Program-made: the position numbers and the translations under genes
Notes under the pieces: generated by a model
The model's input: only the letters and a program-made list of their open reading frames with translations
The model's database searches: none
Told to the model about the DNA's origin: nothing
Assembly: GCA_030141605.1 (NCBI GenBank)
Contig: JAQGDQ010000071.1
Span: forward strand, 289,605 to 353,604
Origin: Tubiluchus corallicola
Taxonomy: Eukaryota > Animalia > Priapulida
DNA: 64,000 bases
Reading direction: 5' to 3'
Shown: positions 1 to 19,600 of the stretch, piece by piece
How positions within the stretch are numbered: the stretch's first letter is position 1
How the letters are laid out: each line of letters starts with the position of its first letter

Positions 1-134
1 TAACTGTATAAATTAACAGGCGTCTATAAGAATGACAACGACGGCAGCAACGGCAGCAGTAACAATTGTCATTTACGATGGCAACAGTTTTGGCGTATTT
101 TTTTTAGCAAAGGTTATCCAGCAGAGACCTGTCT

Positions 135-340
135 TGGGTTGCGTGACCGAGTGGCTTAATTTCGGTCTGGGATGACGCAGTCTTGAGTTCGAGTTTAGCG
201 GCCGAAAAGTCCAGGACTTGTACCTTGTATATTACTCGTTGTTTTTGTGCTGCTTCCTTCCTTACCTGTATCGTTGTAACGTAACTGAAACAGCCCTTGG
301 TGCTAATGTTGTCTTTTAGACGAGCGACGGTAAATAAATT
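135..340 (+). mobile_element. Degenerate tRNA-derived SINE
   Basis: A-box-like GTGACCGAGTGG (~143) and B-box-like GAGTTCGAGT (~185) at tRNA spacing, no intact cloverleaf, AATAAA-type tail near 333. Confidence 0.45.
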
Positions 341-408
341 TTGTCTTTGGCCTTTAAAGAAGTGGTGTCCTTGGTAAAACCGTTATTCAGAATTTTACTT
401 TCCTATAG

Positions 409-6979
<6,571 letters not shown>

Positions 6980-7161
6980 ACGACATCCATCGGGATACAA
7001 ATTTGTGATTATTTTAAGAAAGTCACGTTGCTGATTTTGTTGATTATCGCTTGTAGTTAGCTATCGCAAGTATAGTTTGCATCACGATTTATGAGCAGAG
7101 ATCATATTTTTTCCAACTTGCATCAGATCTTTTTTGTCTTTTAGACTGCATTAGCTGCCAT

Positions 7162-7167
7162 AATAAA
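7162..7167 (+). terminator. Probable poly(A) signal of the peroxidase gene
   Basis: AATAAA about 180 nt after the stop codon, with T-rich sequence downstream. Confidence 0.55.
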
Positions 7168-9045
7168 TTTGCTGCGTAAAGGAATTTTGTAAGGCCTACT
7201 TTTTATTTGGATGATTAACTTATTAACTAGATGACTGATAGCTTCGTACTAGGCTCAGTAGGCCTATCCAACTCTCTATATGACAATATAGAATTGAAAA
7301 TCTCTATACAGCAAACTGCCTTTGAAATTCTTCTAGCTCATATACATCACATGACATAGTTTCTGTTCTGGTTCAGTTATGTTGTTTAATGACAAACTTG
7401 TCTTAATTATTATTACATTGTGCTTAATCAATTTTAATAAATTTTGGAGTTGAACTTACCTGTATGCCGTTATAATAGCTATGAAAATGCAACAAAAAAT
7501 GTCGTCGACAAAAAGGTGGAAGCAAAATGACGGCTAATCACAAACAAGCAAGAATGAAAATGGCATTTTGCGATTATGGCGCGTTCAGGCCAAAGCTTCT
7601 CTCGCAACTTATTGCAAACCCAGCGAGAGATGCTGAGAGTTCATGCGCAAGTTGACACTCTCAGAGAGAAGTTGTGCAATTGTTGCCCAAGTGATAAACA
7701 CAGCTGTGAATTGTTCCAAACTAAAAAAACGCAAAAACGCTGTTAATATTTTCCCACTCTTCTTATTGCACACTGTAAATTCAAAAGCGCAACGGTCACG
7801 TGTGTTCAGAGTTCCAGCTGCTCATTGTCAGCACTTGCTGTTGTTACATTGTGTGAACACACATCCAGATGATAACAAAATTAATTACTAGTACTTTGAC
7901 GTGCTATGCTAGCCTGTAATAATGAGAGCAGACCAGATCAACGTTTGCTGTTATGCTGAGATACCATACAAGCGCAAAGTAAATTTTTATCCTTTAGTTC
8001 GCAAAAGTTCTTCAGAGATTGAAAACGAAAAATACAAACTGTTTTGTTCTTACATAATTTGTTTGTATATTAGCTGCTTCTGCAACAGCAGCAGCAGTTC
8101 ACACACTGACGATAACTCAATAATGGTGTTAGCAGTAGTAAAACCACAAAATTTTTACACATTGCTAATAAACAATATAATAGGAATACACATTCATGTC
8201 CAACAGATCGTCTGGTAAAAAGGAAAATTTATTTATTGCTTATTGTCCTATCGCCTATTGTTGGGAGCTCCAGTCTGCTCTTACTGCAGAGCTCGTGCTG
8301 AGTGAGCAATACATCGAAAACAGCGTTTCAACATCGGCACTTATGCAGTTTTGTTGAACGGGTCGTTTCACTCGTTTGATGGACTCATTCTGGTATTGAA
8401 TGAAAATGACGTGCTTCACCGCTTGGTTAGTTACGCAGTACGCAGGGTCAAACTCTTGACAAGATGGAATTAGATGCTGTGGGCTTTTGTGAAATCATCA
8501 CAATTGACCTGCGTCAGATTACAGCTGCCTGGAACAGCCACAGGCTAGGTGTGGGATATTGAGCATGGAATGTGTACGTTTATACGACTATGTCTGTCCA
8601 GGCGCGTTAGTGGTCGGCACGGTGCAAATCATTTGAACAATTAGTGAGCACAAATTTTTGCATAATTCGAATGTAGGTGTGCGATATGTGGAAAAAATCG
8701 GTTGATTTGCGGAAAAATTCAGTGGTAGTTTTGTGTTAGTATCGAAAGTATTTGTTCGTTGATGCTAATATAACTAGTCAGTTTAAAAGTGAGATTGTAT
8801 AAAGTGTTATAACTTATGATGCACAAGGTGGCATTCAACTGGTACTTGGTAACTACAAACAGACTGTAACATAAAAAAGTGACCAAGGTTACAGGTACTC
8901 ACTAACTGACCGCTTTAGCTTTGGTGTAAGCCTATAATATGCTTTCATTTCTAGACTGAAATTAAAACTAAAGCTTTTTTTACGCTTGTATATCACTGGG
9001 TCACGAGCTTAATAAAATGGCAACAAATATTGACATTTAGGGCTC

Positions 9046-12000
9046 ATGCTCTTATTAATGATGGACCGATTATTGTTGTGGTCCATCTGCTATGTAATAT
9101 TTGTAGATGTTACTCAGTCTACTGTTTTCACGGACAAATGGGCTGTTCACTTCACAGGAGGTGAAAGTGCTGTAAAAGCACTTGCAAGAAAACATGGCTT
9201 CATCTATTTAGAAAAGGTATGTAAAATTCTTGAAACATTTATACGTGACTTAAAATAGTGAATGGCAAAGATTTATGTTCTAAAAATTTAATGCATGTGC
9301 AGCTAGCTAAATTGTGTGACTGTTGCAAGGTACATAATACAAATAAAATATAGTTATAAAAAGTATGAATTATAGACTATATATTCAAGGCAATATTTTC
9401 TGTTTTTGCTGCATTTGTGGAAAATAAAAAATTAATTTACATGTCATGATATACTTATTACTAGTCAGAAAGATAAAAAACACTTGAGCTTAAAACAAAA
9501 AATGTTGGCATTCAAACTGATCTTTACTGTCTGTTAGTGTCTAGAGCAGAATTAACCTAGACAGGGTCTAGAGGTGATCTGCATCTATCGTAGTTGCAGT
9601 TTAGGTATTAAGTACTGCAAGTGTTTATGCAAAAATAATTGTGAATTTTGATATCGACAGTAGCTGTTAGCTAGTCACTGTGCTGTAAAATGTGCAAATG
9701 TGATTAGCTTGGCAGTTAATTTGCAAGCCTGTCAGCTTAGCAGTGTTTTTAGCTCCTAGTAGAGCAGTAGCACAAATAATGCAAAGAGATTTAACAATGG
9801 CTTGTCCCGTCGCAGTTTTAATAGCTCATTTTTTGTTATGCATTTTTTATATTGCTGTGTGATGTAACTGGCTAAGCAGTGGGGATGTACCGGATCCGGT
9901 TCTGAATCCCGAGATCTGGTATTTTAATGTATCCAGATCCAGCGGAAATGTTTGACGGCTTTTGCACTGTATGTATGTTGTTAAAAATGATATGTAAATG
10001 TCAATACTGTCAACTGTATGGCCCAAATAGCGGGTGCATGTATATATGCTCTAACAAATAACTACAGTAATAATAATAATAAGCATTTAAATAGGCCTAA
10101 CATGGTTTGAGAATGTGAAGATATATGAATCTGCAGCATCATCTGTTTGCCTGGAACCCTTGTTGTAATGTAACATTTTCTTATAAAATACTTCTAAGTT
10201 AGTTCTAATATTTTAAAGGAAAGACTGCTGGGAAGTTATTTTATATTTGCGAAGTGATAATTTAATGCTTCGGCTCTCCCATTTTGAGCACCCATTTTTC
10301 AACACCCGTGACATTGTTCATCAACTGAAAAAAACGGAGCACTTTCTATTTTTGTTAAAGTGTATTAAGTTTTTACAAAAGAAATAGATAGCACCTTTTG
10401 TGATATTTTTGCATGAACATTAAGTAAGAGCTCTGCAGAAGCTTGAGTTAGTCTAAGAAGCACGCACATATGAAAAGCCACAATGTGCTTACGAAAAGTT
10501 ACGACGTCCACCAGTTAACGTCATAACTTTCAAGCAAATTATGACTACCACTGCACCTGAAAATTTCTATACAGCGGCAGTATAAATTACTTATATGTTT
10601 TATAAACAGTTGTGCAAATTTCTTTGTTATATTTTTCTAAGTTGAAGGGATAATATTAAAATAAACCCAACATGCTAAGTGACTTATCCATTCCAATACT
10701 TTTGTGAAGAAAATTTCTTTTGCAAGATGTGTCTCATTAATGATTTTAAAATAATAATGTTTTAAAAAGCTGCTTTGCAAAAAATGCTTTATTTCAAAGA
10801 TATTCATATATCATGTTCACTGCTTATGATTCATATTAATATAAAAATGATCAATTCTAAATTTGAGTTAGTAACCTTGAATATTATGGTAAAGGGAAAT
10901 TACATTGATAGCTAGTTCTAATCAAATGATAACGTCGAAAAAATCATTATAAATTCTATGATTCTGTACTAATAAAAAGAATGCAGTAGGAAGCTATGTA
11001 CCGATGGTCTTTCAGACAGTAAATTTATGTCATACTTTAATTATTTTCTATTTTCAAAAGTTTAATTTCTAACCGGTTTAAAATACTGCAAATTGTTAAT
11101 TTTCTCCATAGCAAGTGAGCTCTGTTCAAAACCAAACCATAGTTGACAGTCACTGTATTGAAGTTTAAGTTACCTCAGTATTTGCACTTTGGATTAGTGT
11201 TGCGTGAGTGACAGTCTGCCTTGCCAGGAAAGTTGCTTTTGTTGTAGAACTAAGTTAAGTCGTAATCTGTGTAGTCGAAGTCACTGTAGCTCAAGCGATT
11301 GGTACCAATACAGTGGCTCAGATTCTATTCTCAGACTAGTGTCTGCCTGTACTGTAATAAGAATACTCAACGTCGTGACCTATTGATTAATGTTCACTAT
11401 ATATAAAACTTTTAATATTTAATAATAATAATAACTTTAAATAAGCTTTTATAAAAAATACCATGTATATATATGTTAGGTTGGCTAGGTAACTACTTTG
11501 CCAAATTCATTTTGTTGTCCAGACAAGACCTGCTGTGGCTGGGCAAATATAGAATACACCAAGTTGTTTTCTGACTTTGAGCTTTTGGTCCTAAAGTTGC
11601 AGGAGTTCAAACATAAGCTTGGAATATTATTTTGTTTGGAGATACACTGCAGATGACAAATGAGTGGATGGACAGACACACGACAACTACTATTTGTGTA
11701 AATTAAAAAAAGATGGCTATAATCTTTTGTCGTAATGAGACTTATGTCTAGCAAAGTTTCCCACCCTCTGAAAATTGTCCAATTTGCTCTTCAGAATTAT
11801 TAATTTTGGAAAGTAAAACAGTCTGATAGTATAAGAATTCTAGAAAATTCTTCAGTGATCATCAAGTAAGTTTGGGCCATTTCCTTAATATTAGCTGAAT
11901 TTGTTTAGTGCTTCTTGGCACATACATTCACAGCTCATTCAGCATGTTTTGTGGTCAGGGAGAGTCACTATCACAGAGCGAGTCACTACTGAAAATTGTT

Positions 12001-15000
12001 CATACACTTCATTAGTTAAACTGGCTTCAACAGATATATGTTTTTTAAATGCGTTGTTCAGCATTGACTCGTCTTTTTATTTGGTGATATTTTTACATAA
12101 TTTTTAGATCCCAGATGTTGATTAAACAGTGCTTGGCCTCATGCATATGGCTGATCTTTTTTTATTTGAATCCAAATTTTGGAAACTATTTAATTATGTA
12201 TTCTTTAAATGGATGATCAATTATTGAAGTTATTCGGTAAAACATGTCTACGTGGTACAGGCTCAAAAAACTGCTTCATTTTATAAATAGTGGTCATCTT
12301 GCTTTTGCAGCACGAACAGTTACTTGTGTTTATAGCATTTTTTAAACTCTGGTTTATTATTATTATTATTATTATACTGGAATGATATTATTACTGGTTT
12401 CAGGTTGCACAGCACATTAATTGCTATAAAATGTCAGGTTCCTTGGCATTTAGGGGATAGGCCTACCAATGTTGCTGTGTGAAAACTGTGTATTAATTTT
12501 CTCTTTGAACTTCGTATAAAATTTGTCTGCAGTTTCGTAAACGACTGATTTAATGTTTTTCCGTTGTTTGTACACAATTGTATTCTGCCTGCTTTTCTTT
12601 AAAGAATTCTGCCCAACAAAATAAAGACATGCCTGAAAGTACTAGTGTCGTAATAGTTACTATTTTTGGGGTTATTAATCCTTGTCTAGAAACGATTATC
12701 TATGTTCTGGTTTACCAATTTTTCGTAGCATAAGCAAATGTGCGTCTGCATTGCTATACTGTTTACAAGCATGTAATCATCAATCATAATCTCAGTCATA
12801 AATTTCACAAACGTTCTGATATTGAAGCATTCTTTAAATTACTGCGTTAACTATGATTGAACGAAGGAAATGCTTGATGAATGCAGAGTTCCTTGTCCTG
12901 ACTCCTGAAACATTGTGTTATCCGCTTCACAGAACCGTTTGATTCACCTGTGTGGCCTACGAAGTAGACTCCGAAGTAGAAAAAAAAACAATTCTTACAG
13001 TTAAGATGAAACCGTTTTAGTCTTTCCCATGCTTAACAGTAGCTACAGTTAGTTATATAATTTGTATTTTTCTTTTTCTGTTTTTGAACTTACTGGTTAT
13101 GAAAGCGGCGATCCATTGTAGTTTTTTGCAGTAGTTCTTGCGTTGCGCTTACAGGAAATTAAGAGAAAAACCAAGAAGTGACCGCTGATCTCTCCCTCAA
13201 GACTCCTGGAGTCTAAGTATTAGTCCTTGGACTAGTTATTCATAATTACTGTACTGTGTGATTAAGGCGCTGAGCGCGTGTTATAGCAAGTTGAACAAGG
13301 TGCTAGATCTTGCGGAATGTTGCCAATGACTTGAAAAGAACCGGCCGTTTCTTTGGTCCGTCTTTGTGTTGTACGTGATGTTCACTCCATTCAGAGCAGA
13401 CGGCAGTCAGAGCTAATTGCTAATAGATGCGGTTCTGTCCGACCAGTTGTCGTCAAATCAACCAATTTGCTGCTGCACCAGCACTAATAATCCTTCTGCA
13501 ATCGTGTTCTAATCTTTGAACTAATCGAGGAAAGCCTGGCTTCATTCAGAAATTAAGCGTCTCTGTTGGAGAACTCGGTTACAATATCCGCAGCAGCTGT
13601 TTGGAGAACAGTAGAATATTACCTAGTATTGATTGGCAAATTTGGCGTATGGTAAACTGATTAAATTAAATTAGTGATGAGTAAATTGACTTTTATTAGT
13701 TATCTCTGTGCGCTGTGAGTATCTGAGACTTGCACGATGCGTGCGTACAGTCTAGAGCATGTGCGATTTTTGTAACTTGCGATTCCCAAGCGCCTGTATG
13801 CGGTGTGTCGGCGATTTCAGTAATCAAACTGCACTCAAAACCACAAATCCCTGGTGTCTGCGATTGTTGGATGAAACCATTGCACGCAGCTAAATTTGTT
13901 TAAATGTTACATTAATTTATTAGGCCATGTAGTAAATTTTTCATGTTGTTTGCCAATTTCGCGTTAGAAACGAATGTAGGAAAGTTTGATGCAAGTAAGT
14001 TTGATACAGGTAAGTTAGGTATCAGGAAAGTTTGGTACTGACAAAATTTTGTACAAGGAATTTTTAGTACATGGAAATCTTTGTACAGGTGAATTGGTAT
14101 ATGATCTTTTGTTGCAAGGAGTTTTCGGTACTAGGAAATTCTATGATAGGGAATGTTTGGTACTAAACAGAAAAGAGAGCATTTGCACATCTCATTACAA
14201 AATAGTTGTAACAACAATAACAAAAGAACAAATGTAACAATGACGTCTGTAATAATGATGATGCTGAAAATTACGAGGTTAATAATAATAATGATGAGGA
14301 TGATGATGATGATAACGAAAATAGCATGCAAGAAACAAACAAACAAGCATCAGCAACAGTGACAACATCAGCAGCAAAAGCGATCACAACAACGACAGTG
14401 ACAACAGTAGCAGCAGCAGCAAAACAACAACAGCAACAATAGATGATCACAATAGAGGAGCGAGCAAGCAACAGACGAACAACAACGACACTGAATGAAA
14501 TAACAATCAACAGACAAACAAATAAACGAACAAATAAAAACAAGTGTAATAATATGAATCTCTATAACTTTTTCGAGTAGGTTACATAAAAGATGTTTTT
14601 GTAGTACCACATCTTTCCTTGTAAAAATTCTCTGTATCAAATGTTCCTAGTACACGTACCAACCTTTTCCAGTACTACAATTTCCTAGCATTAAACCTGT
14701 TCCGTATCCTGGTGCCATTTTATCTTGCATCAGATTTACCCCCCCCTATACCAAAAATGCTTGACAAAACTTCGCCAGTACTGTATTTACCAGTACCACA
14801 TATTCTCTATACCCAATTTCCCAATTAGCTAGATCCCTGTGTATAACCTAAAAGGTAGGACCTTTGCTTGGTCCTATAAACAGCTGACTTAGCAACCTGA
14901 GCATGGGAAAGTTTTTTGTCAGTTCGAGGTCATACCCTATTTTACCTTAAAATAAGTTTCTCGCAGGATGTTATTACGTGCGGTCAATGCCGGTCATTCA

Positions 15001-18000
15001 TTCTGTTGTTGTGGTTCAGTGTTCTCGTTGCTCCCCATGAATCTTCTTCCTTGCTTCAATAAACGCCGCCGGCTTTTTCACGGCCGAGTCATCAATTATT
15101 TTCCAACCGACTTGCCTACTTCCTGGTGTAATTATGCGAGTTTCACTAACACACATACTGGCTGCCCTATAGAACTAAAAGTAATCAGATCATGTCAGTA
15201 TATACTTCCTCATACTGTACACAATGCACGCAGCTATCTCCCATAAGCCTGTAATAATAACCCGATTTCTCTAAACGAAGAAACAAATAAACACTTTGTT
15301 TACGGTGATACATAAAACCACTTAAAGATGTGTTACAGTAGTTAATTGCATGCTATTTTATAGTTTAACTTAGTTTTTTGAACGTTGCCGACATGACTCA
15401 CAAGCTGTTTTTATATTTTGTATCAACCCTTGAAGATCAAAGTGCTTCATTTTTCTGAAACAAATCGAAGGACTTTGGCAGCATCCTGTCTGTAAACTGC
15501 AATAATGCTATGGTGGAAGGGGTAATTTTTCTGTAACTCTAAATTACAACATTTCACAGATAAATGAGATAATACATTTAGTACGTATATGAATTCACAT
15601 CTAGGCAATTCACTTTGTTTAGTTTGACGGAAAAAGTTACCAGGCAGCAAGGATGTGGCAGCAAAATTTTACAGACGCAAAATGTTAAAAACGTATATAC
15701 GCTTGCAAATTTATTTTGGTTTTGCTGTTAAAAGTTTTTGTAGCACATTAATCCCATAGATGTGCTCAAGATATTTCACGTGAAACTTACACAGCTTTTA
15801 TAAAACTTATAAATTCACCTCTCTGTGGTGAGGCGAACAGTTGAGTGTGTCATACTGGTCAGCAACTGAATGGGTGACCCTCGAGTTTAATACTCTCTCT
15901 GAGCATTTTTATACACTATAGCTGTTTACCTTGTTGACTAAGCATGTATTCCCATCCAACCTTACCTGAGACACTACATCTAGTTCAGTGTCTCACCATT
16001 AGAGAATTAGCATTGAGCTAGGTTCCAGTCCCGCTTCTAACATCCTTGCTAGTGATTGCTGTAAGTCTATAAAAAATAAATTTATAACAATTTGAGCAAA
16101 AGATTGACTCACCGTTTGTAAGTAAGTAACAAGTACTTTTAAGTAGTTTGTTTGTCACTTTATTAAGATATATTCACTACAAGAATCAATGTTATTAGTT
16201 AATCAAAAAATGGTATGATGATTAGATAATTTAAAAAATTAATACTATGTTGATTGGCGAAAGTCTAGTACCCTGTCTGATGGTTTGCTATTAGTGAGTT
16301 GTTAAATGCACAATTGTCAATAAGGATTGTTTTACTTAGTACCACCGAATTTACCAATGAAACATTATTTAATTTATTTATGAGACTGAGATTATTTAAT
16401 TGAAATTTGCAAAATTGGACGATCTGAAATCAGAAAATTTATGATATCAGTGGACTTGTGGGCTTTGTCAACACATTCAGTGCAGTGTAGCATTAAAACA
16501 CATTGAATGTTCTTCAAAATTTGAAGATCGATCCTATCATTTCCTGTTATTTCGTTTAACACTTTCTTCTCTTTGCTTGCGTCACGTTTGCTTTACACTT
16601 CCTCTTTTCTAATTGTATTTTGTCATCATAAATCTGGCATTCTTTGAATTGTTGTTGGCGATTGTGTACCGTTGATGCTGTAATTTTGTCTTGTTGTGCA
16701 ATTCAATTCAGTACTGTTGTGTAAGTAGAGGCTTTATAGTAGCCATTTAGTGTTTACATTGTAAGATTGATCAGATATCCTCAGATTAGAGTGAGCTTGA
16801 AATTTATCACATTTTAAAATTTTATTACTCGACTGATTGCTACACTTGTAAATCCTATTTATGGTGCTTTTATCGGTGTAGAATAATAAATGAATAAACA
16901 AATAAATAAATTAGCAAAAAATATCATTTGGTCTTAACTATTGGATAGACTAGCTTGGAATAAAAGCTAAACATTACATTAATACATTTTAGTTATAAAA
17001 TTATTGAGCAATATAAAAAGACGAATATTGGAAAATCATTACGTTAAATGAAACTATGTACACTTGTTTAAATTAATTCTAGATAATTCTTACCCATTCT
17101 TGTGTCATTAAACTTTATTTATTTTCAGCATTTTCTCTAGTTCAGCAAGCAGCTAGAAATGTGCATTACAGGTTTCTGCGTGTATGTGATAATTCAAAAT
17201 AAGCATTGTGTCGAGATTTTACCAGCTAGAACGTTGGGCATATAGTGTTTATTTTCTTCATTTACTCTTTATATGTATTAGTAGATTTCACGTTCCAGTT
17301 GGTGTTCTTAAGTATGCAGCATTTAGTCATCAAAATTCAAGTTGATTATTGCAAATTACGTTTTTCAGATTATGCCGGATTATTACCATCTACAACACAG
17401 GAAGGTAGCCAAGCGATCCATATCTCCTAGTCATTATCATCATCGGAACATTAAGAAAGAGAAACATGTAAGGCATATTCCATCAAATTCGCTTAATTAA
17501 ATCTGAATGTGTTTCTGAATTCATAGCAAGAAAGCTCCCGAGGCTTTTTTGCACTTTGTATGCATTTGGTTTGCGAAAAGGCAAGTATTTTGAATTGAAT
17601 TATTTTACTTTTGGCCTCATGTTTTCAACAATGAATAAATTTGACATTTTCAACAGAAACTAAAAAAGTCTTGCTGTGAATGTAGCTGTATTTGTTGTAG
17701 TAAAAGTATGACTGTTAGATAGCTGTATGCAAGATATTTAAATTTCACATTTAATAGGTACATTGGATTCAACAGCTTGTTGTTAAACGCCGAGTAAAAA
17801 GAGACCTAAATGCCATTCCATCACATACCAATTTAGTAGCCATACCGCCAGCGAACGATCCCCATTGGAGCAGACAATGGTATTTGGTAAGGGAACACTA
17901 ATGATATTTAATGTACATATTACTATGTACCCATATTCTTTTTTCTCTCTATGCTATGTGGCTTGATAATGCTGCAAACCCACAATTAATTAAAATTTGA

Positions 18001-19552
18001 TGCCAAACTTGAACCACAGGAAATATGGGTCCATTTGCTTGCAAGGTAGGTACCTTAGGCTACTAGGCCACTGTATTCCCCACTAATCATGGCAGTCCCA
18101 AGTTCATTTCATATAGCTGGCCAACTAAATTCTGCATATTTTCCAGTGTCAGATCATCACATCAGAGCAATTCAGACTAATCCTAACTAAAAACTAATTG
18201 TTTTGGTATCAAAATTTAATATTTGTGTGTTTGTACCATCATTATTTCTTCCAATTTTGCTACTAACGCTCCTTAATGTAGTTTTTCAGAATGGTATTTG
18301 AATTACAAATAAGGGGCTCAACCTGTAAGAATTGTTTGTTAATTTTGCAAAATGTGTAAAACATAATAAGCCCAACTACAGAAGCAATTGAATTACCTCA
18401 TCATGTTGTGTACTTAGATCAATAAGCTTTATAATAAATACGCTGATCAATGGTTCAGCCTCTTCCGTTATTTTTGGCTTTTCCAAAGTTTTCATTTATG
18501 AGCAAGCAAGCAAGCAAGTGTTTGCTTTCAGGCACTTACCTGCCTTAATTGAGCAATTGGCTAAATAGCTCTGGGTTGCCATTGATTCAGTTCAATTATT
18601 CAAAGCTGAAAATGTACGGGTATTTGATGGCAAATAGTAATTTTCAGGTATTGTGTAAATATTGGCATTATGTTGAATAAACAGGTAATGTTTATTTATG
18701 AATTTTGTTATGCTTTTAACTGTCCAGGCTTAAAGCATTCTAGGATTTCACGAAATATAACCTAATTAAGTTTTAGATGCAGCATTGCTTCAAATTTTAT
18801 TATTCTTGAAAAATTATTAGATATACTTATCAGTGAATCAGGAAGACTTTTAAAAGTGTCAAGGCAATAAAATGGAAAAGAGGTTTATGTATAACATGTG
18901 CAAAATATAATATGATTGAACACCTTGTATGTGTAAAATAAACAAGCACATATGCAATTTTTTGGACTTTTTGTGTTCCCAAATTTGTCTTTTATGCTAG
19001 TAGTAAAGAATATGATAGTAAAACTTCTTGTATCTATTATAGAATAGAGCGGGTGGTTTAAATATGAATGTTCAGAAAGCATGGGAATTGGGCTATACAG
19101 GGAAGAACGTGGTCGTGTCAATTCTGGACGATGGTTTGGAGAGTAACCATCCAGATTTGGTCAGAAACTATGTAAGTATAATAATGAAGAGTGATTAACC
19201 ATTGTAAGGCTGTTAAAACGTGTACTGCCTGTCATATGTATGATATTGTACCAAGCTTCTGGTATATAGGCTGAAAAGCATAGTCTAATGAGCAAAACTG
19301 TGGAGTACTAATATTGTTACCAATCTGCTGTACGATACTGATTAATTTTATCCAATTTTTGTGTTAAGCCTTTCTTGCTAGAAAAATATTCATGCACTCA
19401 TTCTAGCAAACTTCAGTGAAATATGCTTGTGTTCTTCTAAACTGTTTTTACAGTTGTTTTTTGTATAATTTTGTTGGCTCTTTAAAGTATATCTAAAATA
19501 AAATAGCAATAATATATATATATATTCTTGTTATTTTATTTCAGATATTCTG

Positions 19553-19600
<48 letters not shown>

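Noticed and set aside
135-200. tRNA gene candidates here and at about 5750, 18040, 25190, 32860 and 62780
   Set aside because: Only A/B-box remnants, with no acceptor stem or cloverleaf; treated as SINE heads.
7640-8560. Short ORFs between the peroxidase and convertase genes
   Set aside because: No homology or exon structure. Probably convertase promoter/5'-UTR, but I could not fix its boundaries.
13979-14165. Regularly spaced short repeats as a CRISPR-like array
   Set aside because: Modules are contiguous and degenerate, with no unique spacers and no cas genes; the DNA is eukaryotic.
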